From Escherichia phage vB_EcoS_SA126VB: DNA of 61,753 bases. The first letter of the stretch is position 1; every line of letters starts with the position of its first letter. The stretch lies in sequence record OL960573.1; one strand, 5' to 3'. The notes under the pieces were generated by a model. The model was not told the DNA's origin. It ran no database searches and saw only the letters and a list, made by a program, of their open reading frames with translations. Positions 45,160-54,112 of this stretch are shown one piece after another. The position numbers were made by a program, and so were the translations under genes.

Positions 45160-45747
45160 CTATTTTAAATAACGGGAAGTCATAATTGGGTGCAGAGACA
45201 CTTCTTCCTCTGCTGTAACCACATTGGCAGACGTTCCAGTAGACCCGAAACCATTGGCACCGCGCTCAGTAGTTTTAAGCTCGTCTACTTCTACCAGTTG
45301 CACGCAAGGCACCTTAATAAGCATAGCTTGCGCAATACGATCACCATGTTTAACTGTAAAACTACCATCGTTATCAATAGTAATCTTAACCTTAACTTCC
45401 CCAGTGTAGTCGCTATCAATGACGCCCACGCAGTTTGCTAGACGCACGTCGTTTTTGAATCCGTGTCCGCTACGGGAATAGACCATAAGCGCGTAACCTT
45501 CAGGAATATCAAACGCTAACCCTGTGCGGAATATATGCTCGTAAGAGAAAATAATTTGTTCACATCCATCTTCACTCTTAAGATCCGCGTGCAGGTCAAA
45601 GCAAGCTGCTCCCGCACTGGCAAACGATGGCAGGATTGCGGTGTCCGTTAAGCGTTTCACCCCGAGAAGAGTTGGCGCAAAGGATGTAGCAGTTACGCTA
45701 GAATTAGTTATAGAAATACTGTGCATGTTATTTAATACGTCAGTCAT
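45160..45747 (-). CDS. dut: dUTP diphosphatase (trimeric dUTPase)
   Basis: Motifs AGACFDL, YSRSGHG, GVIDSDYTGE, DRIAQ, RGANGFGSTG; AAGGTG RBS. Confidence 0.8.
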   Translation of the reverse strand: MTDVLNNMHSISITNSSVTATSFAPTLLGVKRLTDTAILPSFASAGAACFDLHADLKSEDGCEQIIFSYEHIFRTGLAFDIPEGYALMVYSRSGHGFKNDVRLANCVGVIDSDYTGEVKVKITIDNDGSFTVKHGDRIAQAMLIKVPCVQLVEVDELKTTERGANGFGSTGTSANVVTAEEEVSLHPIMTSRYLK

Positions 45748-45759
45748 AATTTCACCTTA

Positions 45760-46224
45760 TTAAGAGTATGTACCTGTTTGAACAATGTGATTAATAGCAT
45801 GTGCTCTGAAGATTTCTCTAAAATCTTCAAGTTCTATTGTAGCACGAATTGGCTCCTTTTTAATATAATGATTGAACTCATTAATATCAAAGACGGAAGG
45901 GTTCATACATATAACAACTTTCCAACCCGCTCTAGGAATCTTATACATTAAGACTGGGATTTTATTACATTCCTGTGCAGACTTAACAGTTTGCTTCCAC
46001 CATGTGTTAACAGCAAGAGTTGCATGGTTTTTGATCTCTACACAATATTGGCAAGTATTATCAATATCCGCACCACCTACAGCCGATTGATTTTGTCGCC
46101 TTTGTGCAATAGGTTTAGGTGGTAACGGTTTACCAATAAGCTTATGCACTTCCGCATAAATATCGTTGAAAAAATCGCAAGCTTCCCTTTCAGCTCTCTG
46201 ACCTTTTTGCCGTATGTTGACCAT
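45760..46224 (-). CDS. putative Holliday-junction resolvase-like nuclease (Hjc/PD-(D/E)XK-like)
   Basis: KGQRAERE plus DIDNTCQYCVEIK (D..E.K) pattern; ATG 46224 with AAGGAA RBS. Confidence 0.4.
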   Translation of the reverse strand: MVNIRQKGQRAEREACDFFNDIYAEVHKLIGKPLPPKPIAQRRQNQSAVGGADIDNTCQYCVEIKNHATLAVNTWWKQTVKSAQECNKIPVLMYKIPRAGWKVVICMNPSVFDINEFNHYIKKEPIRATIELEDFREIFRAHAINHIVQTGTYS

Positions 46225-46702
46225 GATTTGCAAATTCCTTATGTAGTTCCAATCTTTTAGTTCTAACCCAAGCTTTAGCAGCTTGTAAACCTTCAGGTGT
46301 AAGTTCAAAATACTTTGATACCAAAACACCTTTTACATGTAAGTTTGCATAATAGACTTGAATGCCATTATGTTTTGTAATAGTTACGCACTTAACACCA
46401 GTCTTTGAGTCTTTACGAATAACCATATTATAATTGTTCTGTGAACGATCAGCCAGTCTAAGATTTTCTATTCTGTTATCATCTCGAACTCCGTTAATAT
46501 GATCAATTATCTTGTCTTCAGGAATATCACCATTGAAGTATTGCCATATTAACCTGTGAGCGAAATAAAATCTCTTATCAATTTTACCTTGAATGTAACC
46601 GTCCTGACGTTTTGTACCAAATGGTCTTTTATTATAACCGTTTTTATTTCTTTGAAATAATTTGCCATCTATATAAATAAAGCGATCGTTTACATTGATC
46701 AT
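46190..46702 (-). CDS. HNH homing endonuclease (HNH_3 plus AP2-like domain)
   Basis: IDHINGVRDDNRIENLRLA HNH core; ATG 46702 with AAAGGAGG RBS. Confidence 0.7.
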   Translation of the reverse strand: MINVNDRFIYIDGKLFQRNKNGYNKRPFGTKRQDGYIQGKIDKRFYFAHRLIWQYFNGDIPEDKIIDHINGVRDDNRIENLRLADRSQNNYNMVIRKDSKTGVKCVTITKHNGIQVYYANLHVKGVLVSKYFELTPEGLQAAKAWVRTKRLELHKEFANHGQHTAKRSES

Positions 46703-46750
46703 GTTTACCTCCTTTATATGTATTTTAATATGAAGTAAAATCAATCTCAA

Positions 46751-46781
46751 TAAAAAAGCGCAACGTTTTCACGCTGCGCTT
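46751..46781 (-). terminator. terminator upstream of HNH gene
   Basis: AGCGCA ... TGCGCT imperfect hairpin followed on the minus strand by UUUUUUA. Confidence 0.5.
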
Positions 46782-47086
46782 AGTTTAAATAAGGTACTTG
46801 ACTATTCAGCTTCCCTTATTTCCGGTAAATTGTACAGCCTCGCCAAAGGCTGGTGACGGTTTGGTACATCTGGCGCCGTCGCGTTGAACATCGTTCACAT
46901 CGTTCAGTAAGTTGCGGGTTTACCCTGTCCGCTCCAGGAAGCCCAGCGAAAGTAGTTGCTGTAAGGAGGTACAGCTACCGCTTTCAAGGGCTTGAATTAA
47001 GCATCGTTCACTAAGTTAATGTTGTTAAATTGTTAAACCTCGTTAACTGTGGTTATCTTAAAGGATGCAGTCTTGAATGGCAAGCT

Positions 47087-47404
47087 TCAATTTTGCGCGG
47101 TTCCCTTTGCCGCTTTTGGTGCTAAAGTACCATCATTTAACATCAACTCAAAACCTGTTACTTGATCGGTTGGAACAATAGGGTAATTCATGATAGCCAT
47201 GTGGATACAACCCCCTCCATCACATTCGTCGATGTATTCACTACCCCAATAGTATAAATGACCATCTCTTCGAATATCCATTGCTGTAGGGAAATCTACA
47301 AGAATTCTTTTGATTTCTTTTCGTCCTTCTTTATGCAGATTAGTTTCAATACGGATAAGCTCCGCATAAATTGCTTCACAGATAGTGTTTACAATACTCA
47401 TCAT
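47087..47404 (-). CDS. hypothetical protein
   Basis: 105-aa ORF with ATG start. Confidence 0.45.
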   Translation of the reverse strand: MMSIVNTICEAIYAELIRIETNLHKEGRKEIKRILVDFPTAMDIRRDGHLYYWGSEYIDECDGGGCIHMAIMNYPIVPTDQVTGFELMLNDGTLAPKAAKGTAQN

Positions 47405-47748
47405 TTACCCCTTAAGTTTTGAATCATTCTATCACAGGCAGCTTTTACAGAAGAATTTTGCCAGTCTTCCTCAATTTGTGAAGGTTCTTCATCATAGAGC
47501 ATTTTCCAGATTATACGATGTGCCAGATAATGAAGACCGTCTAGACCAACAAGAATATAAACGTTTCGGTCTTTAACAACAGCGCGACCAGCTTCTTTTC
47601 CTGCGAACTGAGAGTTGAATTTGGAACAAGCTCTTTGTGTTTTAAAGAACTTTAAAGGCGCTTTCTTCCATCTTAAAATGCCAGTCTCTTCATTATACTC
47701 AAAACGATCATGCAAATAGTCAAATGAAGGTAAAGGTCTAAATTTCAT
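47401..47748 (-). CDS. truncated, degenerate HNH-endonuclease-like paralog (possibly non-functional)
   Basis: Shares YNEETGIL and AHRIIWKMLYDEEP with the 42641 HNH gene; catalytic IDHxDGN replaced by IEEDWQN; no AP2 domain; ATG 47748 with weak RBS. Confidence 0.4.
   Translation of the reverse strand: MKFRPLPSFDYLHDRFEYNEETGILRWKKAPLKFFKTQRACSKFNSQFAGKEAGRAVVKDRNVYILVGLDGLHYLAHRIIWKMLYDEEPSQIEEDWQNSSVKAACDRMIQNLRGK
47482..47523. repeat. 42-bp exact repeat, copy 2
   Basis: Identical to 42935-42976. Confidence 0.9.
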
Positions 47749-47989
47749 AATATTACCTATAACCAATAAAAGAACCAGAAATAACCAGCTACGAAAATAG
47801 CACCCGCAAATAATTTTAAAAGTTCGAACATTGTTCCCTCCGTTAACTTTATGCTGTAAGTATAGCAGGACTTGCGATGTATGCAACAACTTTAGACTTG
47901 AAATACATCTATAAAATAGCACGATTTGCCTTTACCTTTGATCCGTCTAGCTGTACTATTAACTCATAAACAGAGCGGAGGATTACAAA

Positions 47990-48214
47990 ATGGTCATGCT
48001 GAATAAAGTATATAGCACAATGGGCGCGGATTATAAAGTTGTACGTCACCCGCGTACTGGTAAATTTGAAGCATACATCCGTCCAATGGGTGAAGGTTGG
48101 ATGTATTACGGTACTTATGATGACGCTGAGCAAGCTTATAAAGAAGCGGAAAGTGTAGCGGAAGCATCCGAAATTATGGCAAGGTACGACGTCGATGATT
48201 ACTACCTTAACTAA
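47990..48214 (+). CDS. small rightward gene embedded in the leftward block
   Basis: 74 aa; GGAGG RBS 9 nt before ATG; strong terminator immediately downstream; overlapping minus ORF 47909-48217 judged spurious. Confidence 0.45.
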   Translation: MVMLNKVYSTMGADYKVVRHPRTGKFEAYIRPMGEGWMYYGTYDDAEQAYKEAESVAEASEIMARYDVDDYYLN

Positions 48215-48246
48215 CAATAAAGGGCCGAAAGGCCCTTTATTTATTT
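48215..48246 (+). terminator. rho-independent terminator
   Basis: AAAGGGCC-gaaa-GGCCCTTT followed by ATTTATTT; overlaps stop of leftward primase gene. Confidence 0.65.
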
Positions 48247-50577
48247 GCTTAAGTCCTTGAAAACACTCTCAATCGACTCGTCTATATACCAACCCAATCC
48301 CCTGAAATTACGCTTCAACGCATCTTCACGCGTGACTGGAACGAGCGCGCCCATATCTACAAGTTGTTTGATAGTAAGGTCTGTTGCAGTACCTGCTCCC
48401 ATCCTGTGATTCTTGAATGCTGCCAGACCGTATGTCCTGCGTGTGATAGTTGCCTTCGGGATAATACCGTCAACGCGCAGCTCCTTACGATCACATGCAA
48501 TCTTACCGCCAAGATAGTCTTTGCAGACCTGGCAAATAGCCTTCACGCGCGTTTCATCATCACCACCAATAGTACCTTTTTCCCATGCGTTGATCATGAT
48601 GTCCTGCCCATGCGTAACAAAATCTACCGCCCATTGCATGTGATTGGGCTGAACGACAGGATTGATCCAGTTTTCCCCTACCGCTAGCAGGGACGCAAGG
48701 CGCAGAGCTTTAAGGTGCGCACGGTTCCACGGCTGACGAATAGCTTCGTCTTTAGTTGCGTTAATGTGTTCATCACACAACAAGTTAAACTCCCGCTCAA
48801 TCCTTGCAGCTTCCGGGCTTAACTGGACGGTGACGGTCTGGAACTTCGCCATTGTTACTAACGTGTGGTTAACAAGATGGCACACCATATCCTTTAATTG
48901 CTGGGGCATTGTGATTTCAGGATTTTCGTTTGCAGGAACACGATCCCCTTCATATTGCACAATGTGGAAACGGGACAAGAAACCGTCTTCCATCATTTCA
49001 CGTGTTAACGCTTCAAAGAATGTGTCCGGTGTTGTTTCGCCCAGCACGCTGAACGCCACCCCTTCCATCGTCTTGGTATTATTAGCCTTATCAGAATATC
49101 CAATACCGCCAACAACATCCATCGCACCAGATTTTTGATACACATCTGTAATAGTTTGCTTCAGGGTATAGTTCGCAGTACCAGGCTGAGCTGTCGCCAT
49201 ACCTTTAATGGTTTTACCAAACTCACCGTTAATATTCACAAACGAAGTATGATCCGCAAAACTTTTACGCAAAGCAGGACCGGAAGCATAGTTAGTCATG
49301 TCTACAAATTCATGCACTTGCGGCAATTGCTCGCCTACCTGCTTACAAATATAGCTGGGTCCAGCGTGAAGCATTTCTTTACCCACACCTGATCGGGCAA
49401 TAAGGACAAAGTAACCGTTCAGCCCTGTGTTGGTGATAGTATTCCACACCTTGCCACATACGCCGGATAAGAATGCTAAAGATGCAGTGATTGCAATTTC
49501 TTTCACCGGACGCTGCGATGCTTTGTAGATATACTTCGCAAGCTCTCCAGCAAGTCCCGGCGGCCATTCAATAGCGGTTGCATCAATGGACGTGCTTTCT
49601 GCAACTACTATTTCACCGGACGGGCTGACTGTGGTTACAGGCATTTCCGTTACCTGCTGCATTGCACTGTGTGCAGCTTGCATACGGGCAGCGTAATCCC
49701 GCGCCAGCGCCGCTACGTTTTCCTGGGCAATACGCTCACGCTCCATACGACCGCGGCACATGCGCAAACAACGGTCAATATGAACATTGTTCTTATTAGC
49801 CTTCTCACGTTTGCCCAGTGCACTGTAACGGAACAGACGGCGACATTGCTCATTACTTTCTGTGTAGAATGCATACATAGAAATAAGAGCAAGATCTGCT
49901 TCAGACTGGGAAGGGAATCCCATTTCAACCCATTCGCCATTGAATAGGCGTGCATACTTGTCCCCGTTGTCCGCTTCAAGTGCACGCTGGTGAATAGTTG
50001 CATCGTCTTCTACCGGATCTTTTTCTACCAGTTCAATTTCATATGTCTTGCGCTGAAGATCAATTTCATTCACAAGCATAGTAAGATAATGATCGCGTTC
50101 AGCAACTGGTTTGTTGTAAACGGGATTACCTGTGCAGATAATAAAACGCTCCTGACTATAAACCTCGACACCATCACGTCGACGACCTTTACCGATGTTA
50201 CCTCTTAACCACAGGTGAACACCCAAGCCTGAGCGACTTACTTCGGTGTAAGTATCGAACGCAGTCATGATCTGTTCGAAGCGGCGCAACTGTTCCGGCG
50301 TTGTGTGCTTCTTGGGATCCGGTTCATTGGTTGCGTTCTTCACATCCAGGTCGATGCAGGTGAACGGGTCTTGCGCAGTAAGCACAAAGCCAATATAAGG
50401 TTTGTTGAAATGAGCGGCGCAACCTTTGGCAGCTTCAAAAGTCATTAGCATATCCGGATCGGTAACGTCCGCCGCCATCAAACGTCCGATATCGTTGTCC
50501 CATACGAGCGGCTTTTTGTCCGTATCGGCGACCGCCCATTGTGGGAAAGCTTTAATCTCAGCGGGAAACAATTCCAT
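48241..50577 (-). CDS. replication protein with primase-polymerase (PrimPol)-like N-terminal domain
   Basis: 778 aa; N-terminal YIGFVLTAQDPFTCIDLD...GLGVHLWLRG..GVEVYSQERFIICTG resembles bifunctional primase/polymerase domains; central P-loop-like ARSGVGKE. Confidence 0.55.
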   Translation of the reverse strand: MELFPAEIKAFPQWAVADTDKKPLVWDNDIGRLMAADVTDPDMLMTFEAAKGCAAHFNKPYIGFVLTAQDPFTCIDLDVKNATNEPDPKKHTTPEQLRRFEQIMTAFDTYTEVSRSGLGVHLWLRGNIGKGRRRDGVEVYSQERFIICTGNPVYNKPVAERDHYLTMLVNEIDLQRKTYEIELVEKDPVEDDATIHQRALEADNGDKYARLFNGEWVEMGFPSQSEADLALISMYAFYTESNEQCRRLFRYSALGKREKANKNNVHIDRCLRMCRGRMERERIAQENVAALARDYAARMQAAHSAMQQVTEMPVTTVSPSGEIVVAESTSIDATAIEWPPGLAGELAKYIYKASQRPVKEIAITASLAFLSGVCGKVWNTITNTGLNGYFVLIARSGVGKEMLHAGPSYICKQVGEQLPQVHEFVDMTNYASGPALRKSFADHTSFVNINGEFGKTIKGMATAQPGTANYTLKQTITDVYQKSGAMDVVGGIGYSDKANNTKTMEGVAFSVLGETTPDTFFEALTREMMEDGFLSRFHIVQYEGDRVPANENPEITMPQQLKDMVCHLVNHTLVTMAKFQTVTVQLSPEAARIEREFNLLCDEHINATKDEAIRQPWNRAHLKALRLASLLAVGENWINPVVQPNHMQWAVDFVTHGQDIMINAWEKGTIGGDDETRVKAICQVCKDYLGGKIACDRKELRVDGIIPKATITRRTYGLAAFKNHRMGAGTATDLTIKQLVDMGALVPVTREDALKRNFRGLGWYIDESIESVFKDLSK

Positions 50578-50583
50578 ATTTAA

Positions 50584-50787
50584 TTAAGACCTCCGACGCT
50601 TATCGCCTTGCATCTTTTCCAGGACGGGTTCTGCTAATGAACGTTTATAGATGTACACGCTACCGATTTTAATAGCGCCTGGAATGCATTCGCGCATTCT
50701 GGAGAGCTTAAATTTTGAAATACCGAACTGGTTTTCAATTTCGGTAGTTGTTATATAGTTGTGATTAAATTCTTCGACGTGGGTCAT
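50584..50787 (-). CDS. small helix-turn-helix DNA-binding protein (AlpA/excisionase-like)
   Basis: 67 aa; ITTTEIENQFGISKFKLSRM..IKIGSVYIY; AAAGGAGGAG RBS. Confidence 0.45.
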   Translation of the reverse strand: MTHVEEFNHNYITTTEIENQFGISKFKLSRMRECIPGAIKIGSVYIYKRSLAEPVLEKMQGDKRRRS

Positions 50788-50848
50788 AGCTCCTCCTTTG
50801 TCCTCACACTATACACAGATAAGAGGAGCCATTGCAATGCGTTTTGCA

Positions 50849-51595
50849 TTATTGGATTTCGGTTTTTTGGTACTGCATCACGATCTGAAATACCTGATCC
50901 GGTGTTCGCCCTTCGCGCAACTGTATCATCCATTCATCCAACTGTTCTAAACGTGCTTGAGCTTCGTTAATGTCCTTAAACGGCTGCCATGATACGGGGA
51001 CACAGCCATTAACACTTAGAGTAATTGATGTAGTCCCGTTTTCATACACTCTAAGCGCGCAAGTTGGCCAAACGCCACGGTTATCCCATACAGGAGGATT
51101 TTCTACAGATTTATAACTGCTATACCATTTATTGCGAAGCGATGTTCTTTCCTTATCCGTCAACGGAGCACCTTTAACCCTTTCATGCTCCTCCAGCCAA
51201 GCTTTAAATTTTGGGTCCGGTTTGCGCCCAACCTTTCCGCCTTTCCCTTTTGCATTTTCTTTAAACGCTTGTTCATATGGATCATTACCATGCGTTTTGT
51301 GCCAGTTAAACATACCGTTATAACGTGTTATCTCTTTGGCATCCAACTCATGCCCCAACTTATCGCTAACCCATGCAAGGAAATCCGCCCTCTCTTTGGC
51401 ATCCAGCTTCCCCGCTTTCTGTCTTGTAGCTTTTTTAACAGGCTGCTCCACATCTTCGTTGAAGTAATTTTCTACCATTGCAAGCGCCTGGCTTTTAGAT
51501 GGTGCACCGCGCAACCGTGAGCACTCCTGGACGATCCATGCAGCGAAGCACAACTCCTTAACCACAGTTTTAGATGCAATCATTTCTTCACTCAT
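50849..51595 (-). CDS. hypothetical protein
   Basis: 248 aa, GAGGAG RBS. Confidence 0.5.
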   Translation of the reverse strand: MSEEMIASKTVVKELCFAAWIVQECSRLRGAPSKSQALAMVENYFNEDVEQPVKKATRQKAGKLDAKERADFLAWVSDKLGHELDAKEITRYNGMFNWHKTHGNDPYEQAFKENAKGKGGKVGRKPDPKFKAWLEEHERVKGAPLTDKERTSLRNKWYSSYKSVENPPVWDNRGVWPTCALRVYENGTTSITLSVNGCVPVSWQPFKDINEAQARLEQLDEWMIQLREGRTPDQVFQIVMQYQKTEIQ

Positions 51596-51608
51596 AATAA
51601 CACTCCTC

Positions 51609-51638
51609 GTTATAAGAATAGATTTAAGCCGTCCACAA
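51609..51638 (-). promoter_or_regulatory. possible sigma70-like promoter (TTGTGG-18-TATAAC)
   Basis: Minus-strand -35 and -10 hexamers just upstream of the RBS of gene 50849-51595. Confidence 0.3.
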
Positions 51639-51697
51639 AACTTTTACAGTATCGCAAAACCTTTAAAAGTTACGTTATAAGGGAATTATATTAAAAG

Positions 51698-51917
51698 ATA
51701 GTGCTAGTGGCAATTATAGTGGCATTACTGCGTATAGTGCGCCGTTGCTGGCTTTCAATGTCCTGCCACTATAACTGCACAAACGGCTATCACTACTATT
51801 TTGTATAAAGTATAAATTTTTGGGTTTTGCGTTACGTATAAATACCCCCCTTTAAACTAAGAATTATAGTAGTAGTGGATAAACATAGTGAAATGCCACT
51901 ATCACTACTTACTATAA
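51698..51917. repeat. cluster of iteron-like repeats (TGCCACTAT / ATAGTGGCA and CACTACT units)
   Basis: TGCCACTAT at 51764 and 51894; inverted ATAGTGGCA at 51716; ATAGTGC at 51734; CACTACT at 51791 and 51904; AGTAGTG at 51871. Confidence 0.6.
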
Positions 51918-52181
51918 TTAATTTAATAAAAAATTGGGGTATCTGTACCAAAAACCTAAAACTTTCAGTCAACAGACTAAAAACGGATAGAAACTAAAAG
52001 TTAATAAGTAATAACATAAATATATATAAAATAAGGATTTATTAGTAATGTATATAGTACCTATTGGTATTATTTGAATGTTTTTGGGTCATTGTTAAAA
52101 AGTCCCAAAACTCACAAAAAGTGAACGGATGCAGATCAAAAATGAGAAGTCACGTGCTTTTGAGGGAAATTTATTGAACTA

Positions 52182-52211
52182 TTGTGATCGGAAGGTATAT
52201 CAAGCTATAAT
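52182..52211 (+). promoter_or_regulatory. near-consensus sigma70 promoter (TTGTGA-18-TATAAT) facing rightward with no obvious gene
   Basis: TTGTGA 52182-52187, TATAAT 52206-52211; adjacent to the AT-rich tract. Confidence 0.35.
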
Positions 52212-52295
52212 GCGCTTAATCGCGGGATATTGGAGGAGGACTTTATTGCGCGGTTAACCGGACCAGTAGGAGGGCTGGCCCGGAGAAGTTAGAAT

Positions 52296-52472
52296 TTATT
52301 TGCGGACGAATACAGAGCCGACAAATAATGTTGATTGAGTGGCAGCTTGCTCGATTAATTCGCCAACAAGCTGGGACTGCGTTAGAGGTTTAAGGCCTTG
52401 TTTGGCGCGTGCTTCATTTACACGGCGCTGAAGGTCTTTTAGGTATTGAGTTGCGAAGCTGTCTAATTGCAT
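52296..52472 (-). CDS. hypothetical small protein
   Basis: ATG 52472 with AGGAG RBS; longer track ORF from 52670 overlaps upstream gene. Confidence 0.3.
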   Translation of the reverse strand: MQLDSFATQYLKDLQRRVNEARAKQGLKPLTQSQLVGELIEQAATQSTLFVGSVFVRK

Positions 52473-52525
52473 TTTCGTTACTCCTAGGGCTCCCGCAGAA
52501 GCCCGTTGGTTGATGTGGTTATAGA

Positions 52526-53140
52526 TTATGCGTCCAGTCCGTTGTATTTGCGCCAGGCGTAGAACTGAATGGCAACTGTTGTCCCGTTGTAAGAAGGCAT
52601 TGCCGTTTTCATTTCTTTCAGCTCCGGCGTGCGGCCCAGTTCGGCTAAAAGTTTGTCGCCCATTGCCCACACTTCGGCGGTTTTTCCTTTCAGCGGCTTG
52701 CGAGCGCCATTTTTGAAATCACAGCGAGCAGCTTTTGCATCCTGTTTTGGCGCGGCAGCTTTTGGCTCTTCAATTTTGATTTCAGAAACCTGCGTGGCAG
52801 CTTTTGCATGTTTCATATCTTTCTCTTCCTCCTGCTCCAGAGCTTCGAGGCAGCTTTTGACGATTTCCGGATTTACCATCGGGCGCAGTACCGAGACGCT
52901 GGCAGCTGGCGCGGCGGTCGGTGCTGGGACTTTCTGCTCCGGCTGTTGCGCTTTTTTATGGTCGCGCAGCACCTGAAGCACTTCCTTCTCAACGATGTAA
53001 AAACCAATCTCGTCCTGATGGATAAGCTGTTCGTGTGCGTCGCGTGCAACCTGGCCCCAGCGGGTCTTAAGGGCGCGGCGTGCATTCGTTTTCATGGTGT
53101 AGCGCATTTTGTCCTGTTCGCGGTGGGTTACTTTAGACAT
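52526..53140 (-). CDS. hypothetical protein
   Basis: ATG 53140 with AAGGAG RBS; about 204 aa. Confidence 0.45.
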   Translation of the reverse strand: MSKVTHREQDKMRYTMKTNARRALKTRWGQVARDAHEQLIHQDEIGFYIVEKEVLQVLRDHKKAQQPEQKVPAPTAAPAASVSVLRPMVNPEIVKSCLEALEQEEEKDMKHAKAATQVSEIKIEEPKAAAPKQDAKAARCDFKNGARKPLKGKTAEVWAMGDKLLAELGRTPELKEMKTAMPSYNGTTVAIQFYAWRKYNGLDA

Positions 53141-53213
53141 GGTATAGCTCCTTTCATTAATATTAGTTTGCTTATTACTGCCCACCGTAATGATGAGCAG
53201 TGTATAAGAAAAC

Positions 53214-53462
53214 TTATTGCACGATTGCTACGAAATCGGCGGTTGCGATATCCATGCTTGCGAAAGCAACGATGCTATAGTCGGTGTCGTTGTCCGCGTT
53301 AAACGCTTTGAGGAACTGCTGTACTGCTGCTTTATGGTTAAGAGTTACGTCGACAGCGTAGTCCCAGCTATAGACTTTGCGCTTGCCAAAACCTTTAACT
53401 GCAATTCGTGCGCTTTTAGTGTTGGTTGGTGCCAAAAATTTGGTGACGATAGAAGTAGCCAT
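53214..53462 (-). CDS. hypothetical protein
   Basis: 82-aa ORF with ATG start; first gene of the leftward block. Confidence 0.4.
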   Translation of the reverse strand: MATSIVTKFLAPTNTKSARIAVKGFGKRKVYSWDYAVDVTLNHKAAVQQFLKAFNADNDTDYSIVAFASMDIATADFVAIVQ

Positions 53463-54034
53463 GATGTAATCCTCGTTTTGTTTAAGTTGACTTATTATTG
53501 CCCAGTCAGATCAACTAGGCAAGATATAAATCAACTATTTTCGCTTACATAATCCAGTGCAGCTTCGAGGAAATAGAATTCTTCCTGCTTATATAAGCTG
53601 ATGGCCCACTCCAGCTGAGCGCGAGTAAGGTGGCGATATTTGTTGTCGATGCTATAGCTGCGACCGAAGTAAATGATATTGAAGTAGTTGGACATAACGC
53701 GCCTCCAAGTGTGGTTAAGAAGTAGTACCGTGTTGCTATGGGTACATAATAGCGATGCATCGTGATATTGAATAGGCCAAAAGTGCTATTTAGAATTATT
53801 TTGCATCTAGTGAAAATTATGCTTGCATTGCATATTAGCACCAATGGCCTAACTAATATCACACGATCCGGTCTACACGCGTGCACGCATACATATAAGG
53901 CGAACCGGACCAGTTTCCACGGACTGGGAGTAGTATACCGGATCTACAGGAGCGGTTGCGCGCCCATATCCGTCCTGTAAGCTGGTCCACGAACAGGTCC
54001 AAAAAATATTTTTATAAAAAGATGCAAAAAGGTG

Positions 54035-54063
54035 TAGACATATGATCAGTCTAGCACTACTAT
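54035..54063 (+). promoter_or_regulatory. sigma70-like promoter (TAGACA-17-TACTAT) for rightward block
   Basis: Preceded by an A/T-rich UP-like tract; about 50 nt upstream of ATG 54113. Confidence 0.35.
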
Positions 54064-54112
54064 ATACACATACCGCAAGGGTACTACAAATTAACTTAAA
54101 GGGGTTTACATC

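Noticed and set aside
46782-47086. tRNA gene in the structured spacer (also considered at 54713-55277)
   Set aside because: No GTTCRANYC T-loop box or three-arm cloverleaf of 70-90 nt could be drawn; only two nested hairpins. A tRNAscan run would settle it.
47909-48217. 102-aa minus-strand ORF overlapping the rightward small gene
   Set aside because: No RBS and it overlaps the better-supported plus-strand ORF, which has an RBS and terminator.
51698-51917. Possible CRISPR array suggested by the short repeats
   Set aside because: Repeats are 7-9 bp, irregularly spaced and in both orientations; there are no regular 25-40-bp repeat/spacer units and no cas genes.
53545-53886. 113-aa minus-strand track ORF in the divergent control region
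   Set aside because: Composition looks non-coding and there is no RBS; a different, shorter frame (53531-53695) with a strong RBS is more plausible.
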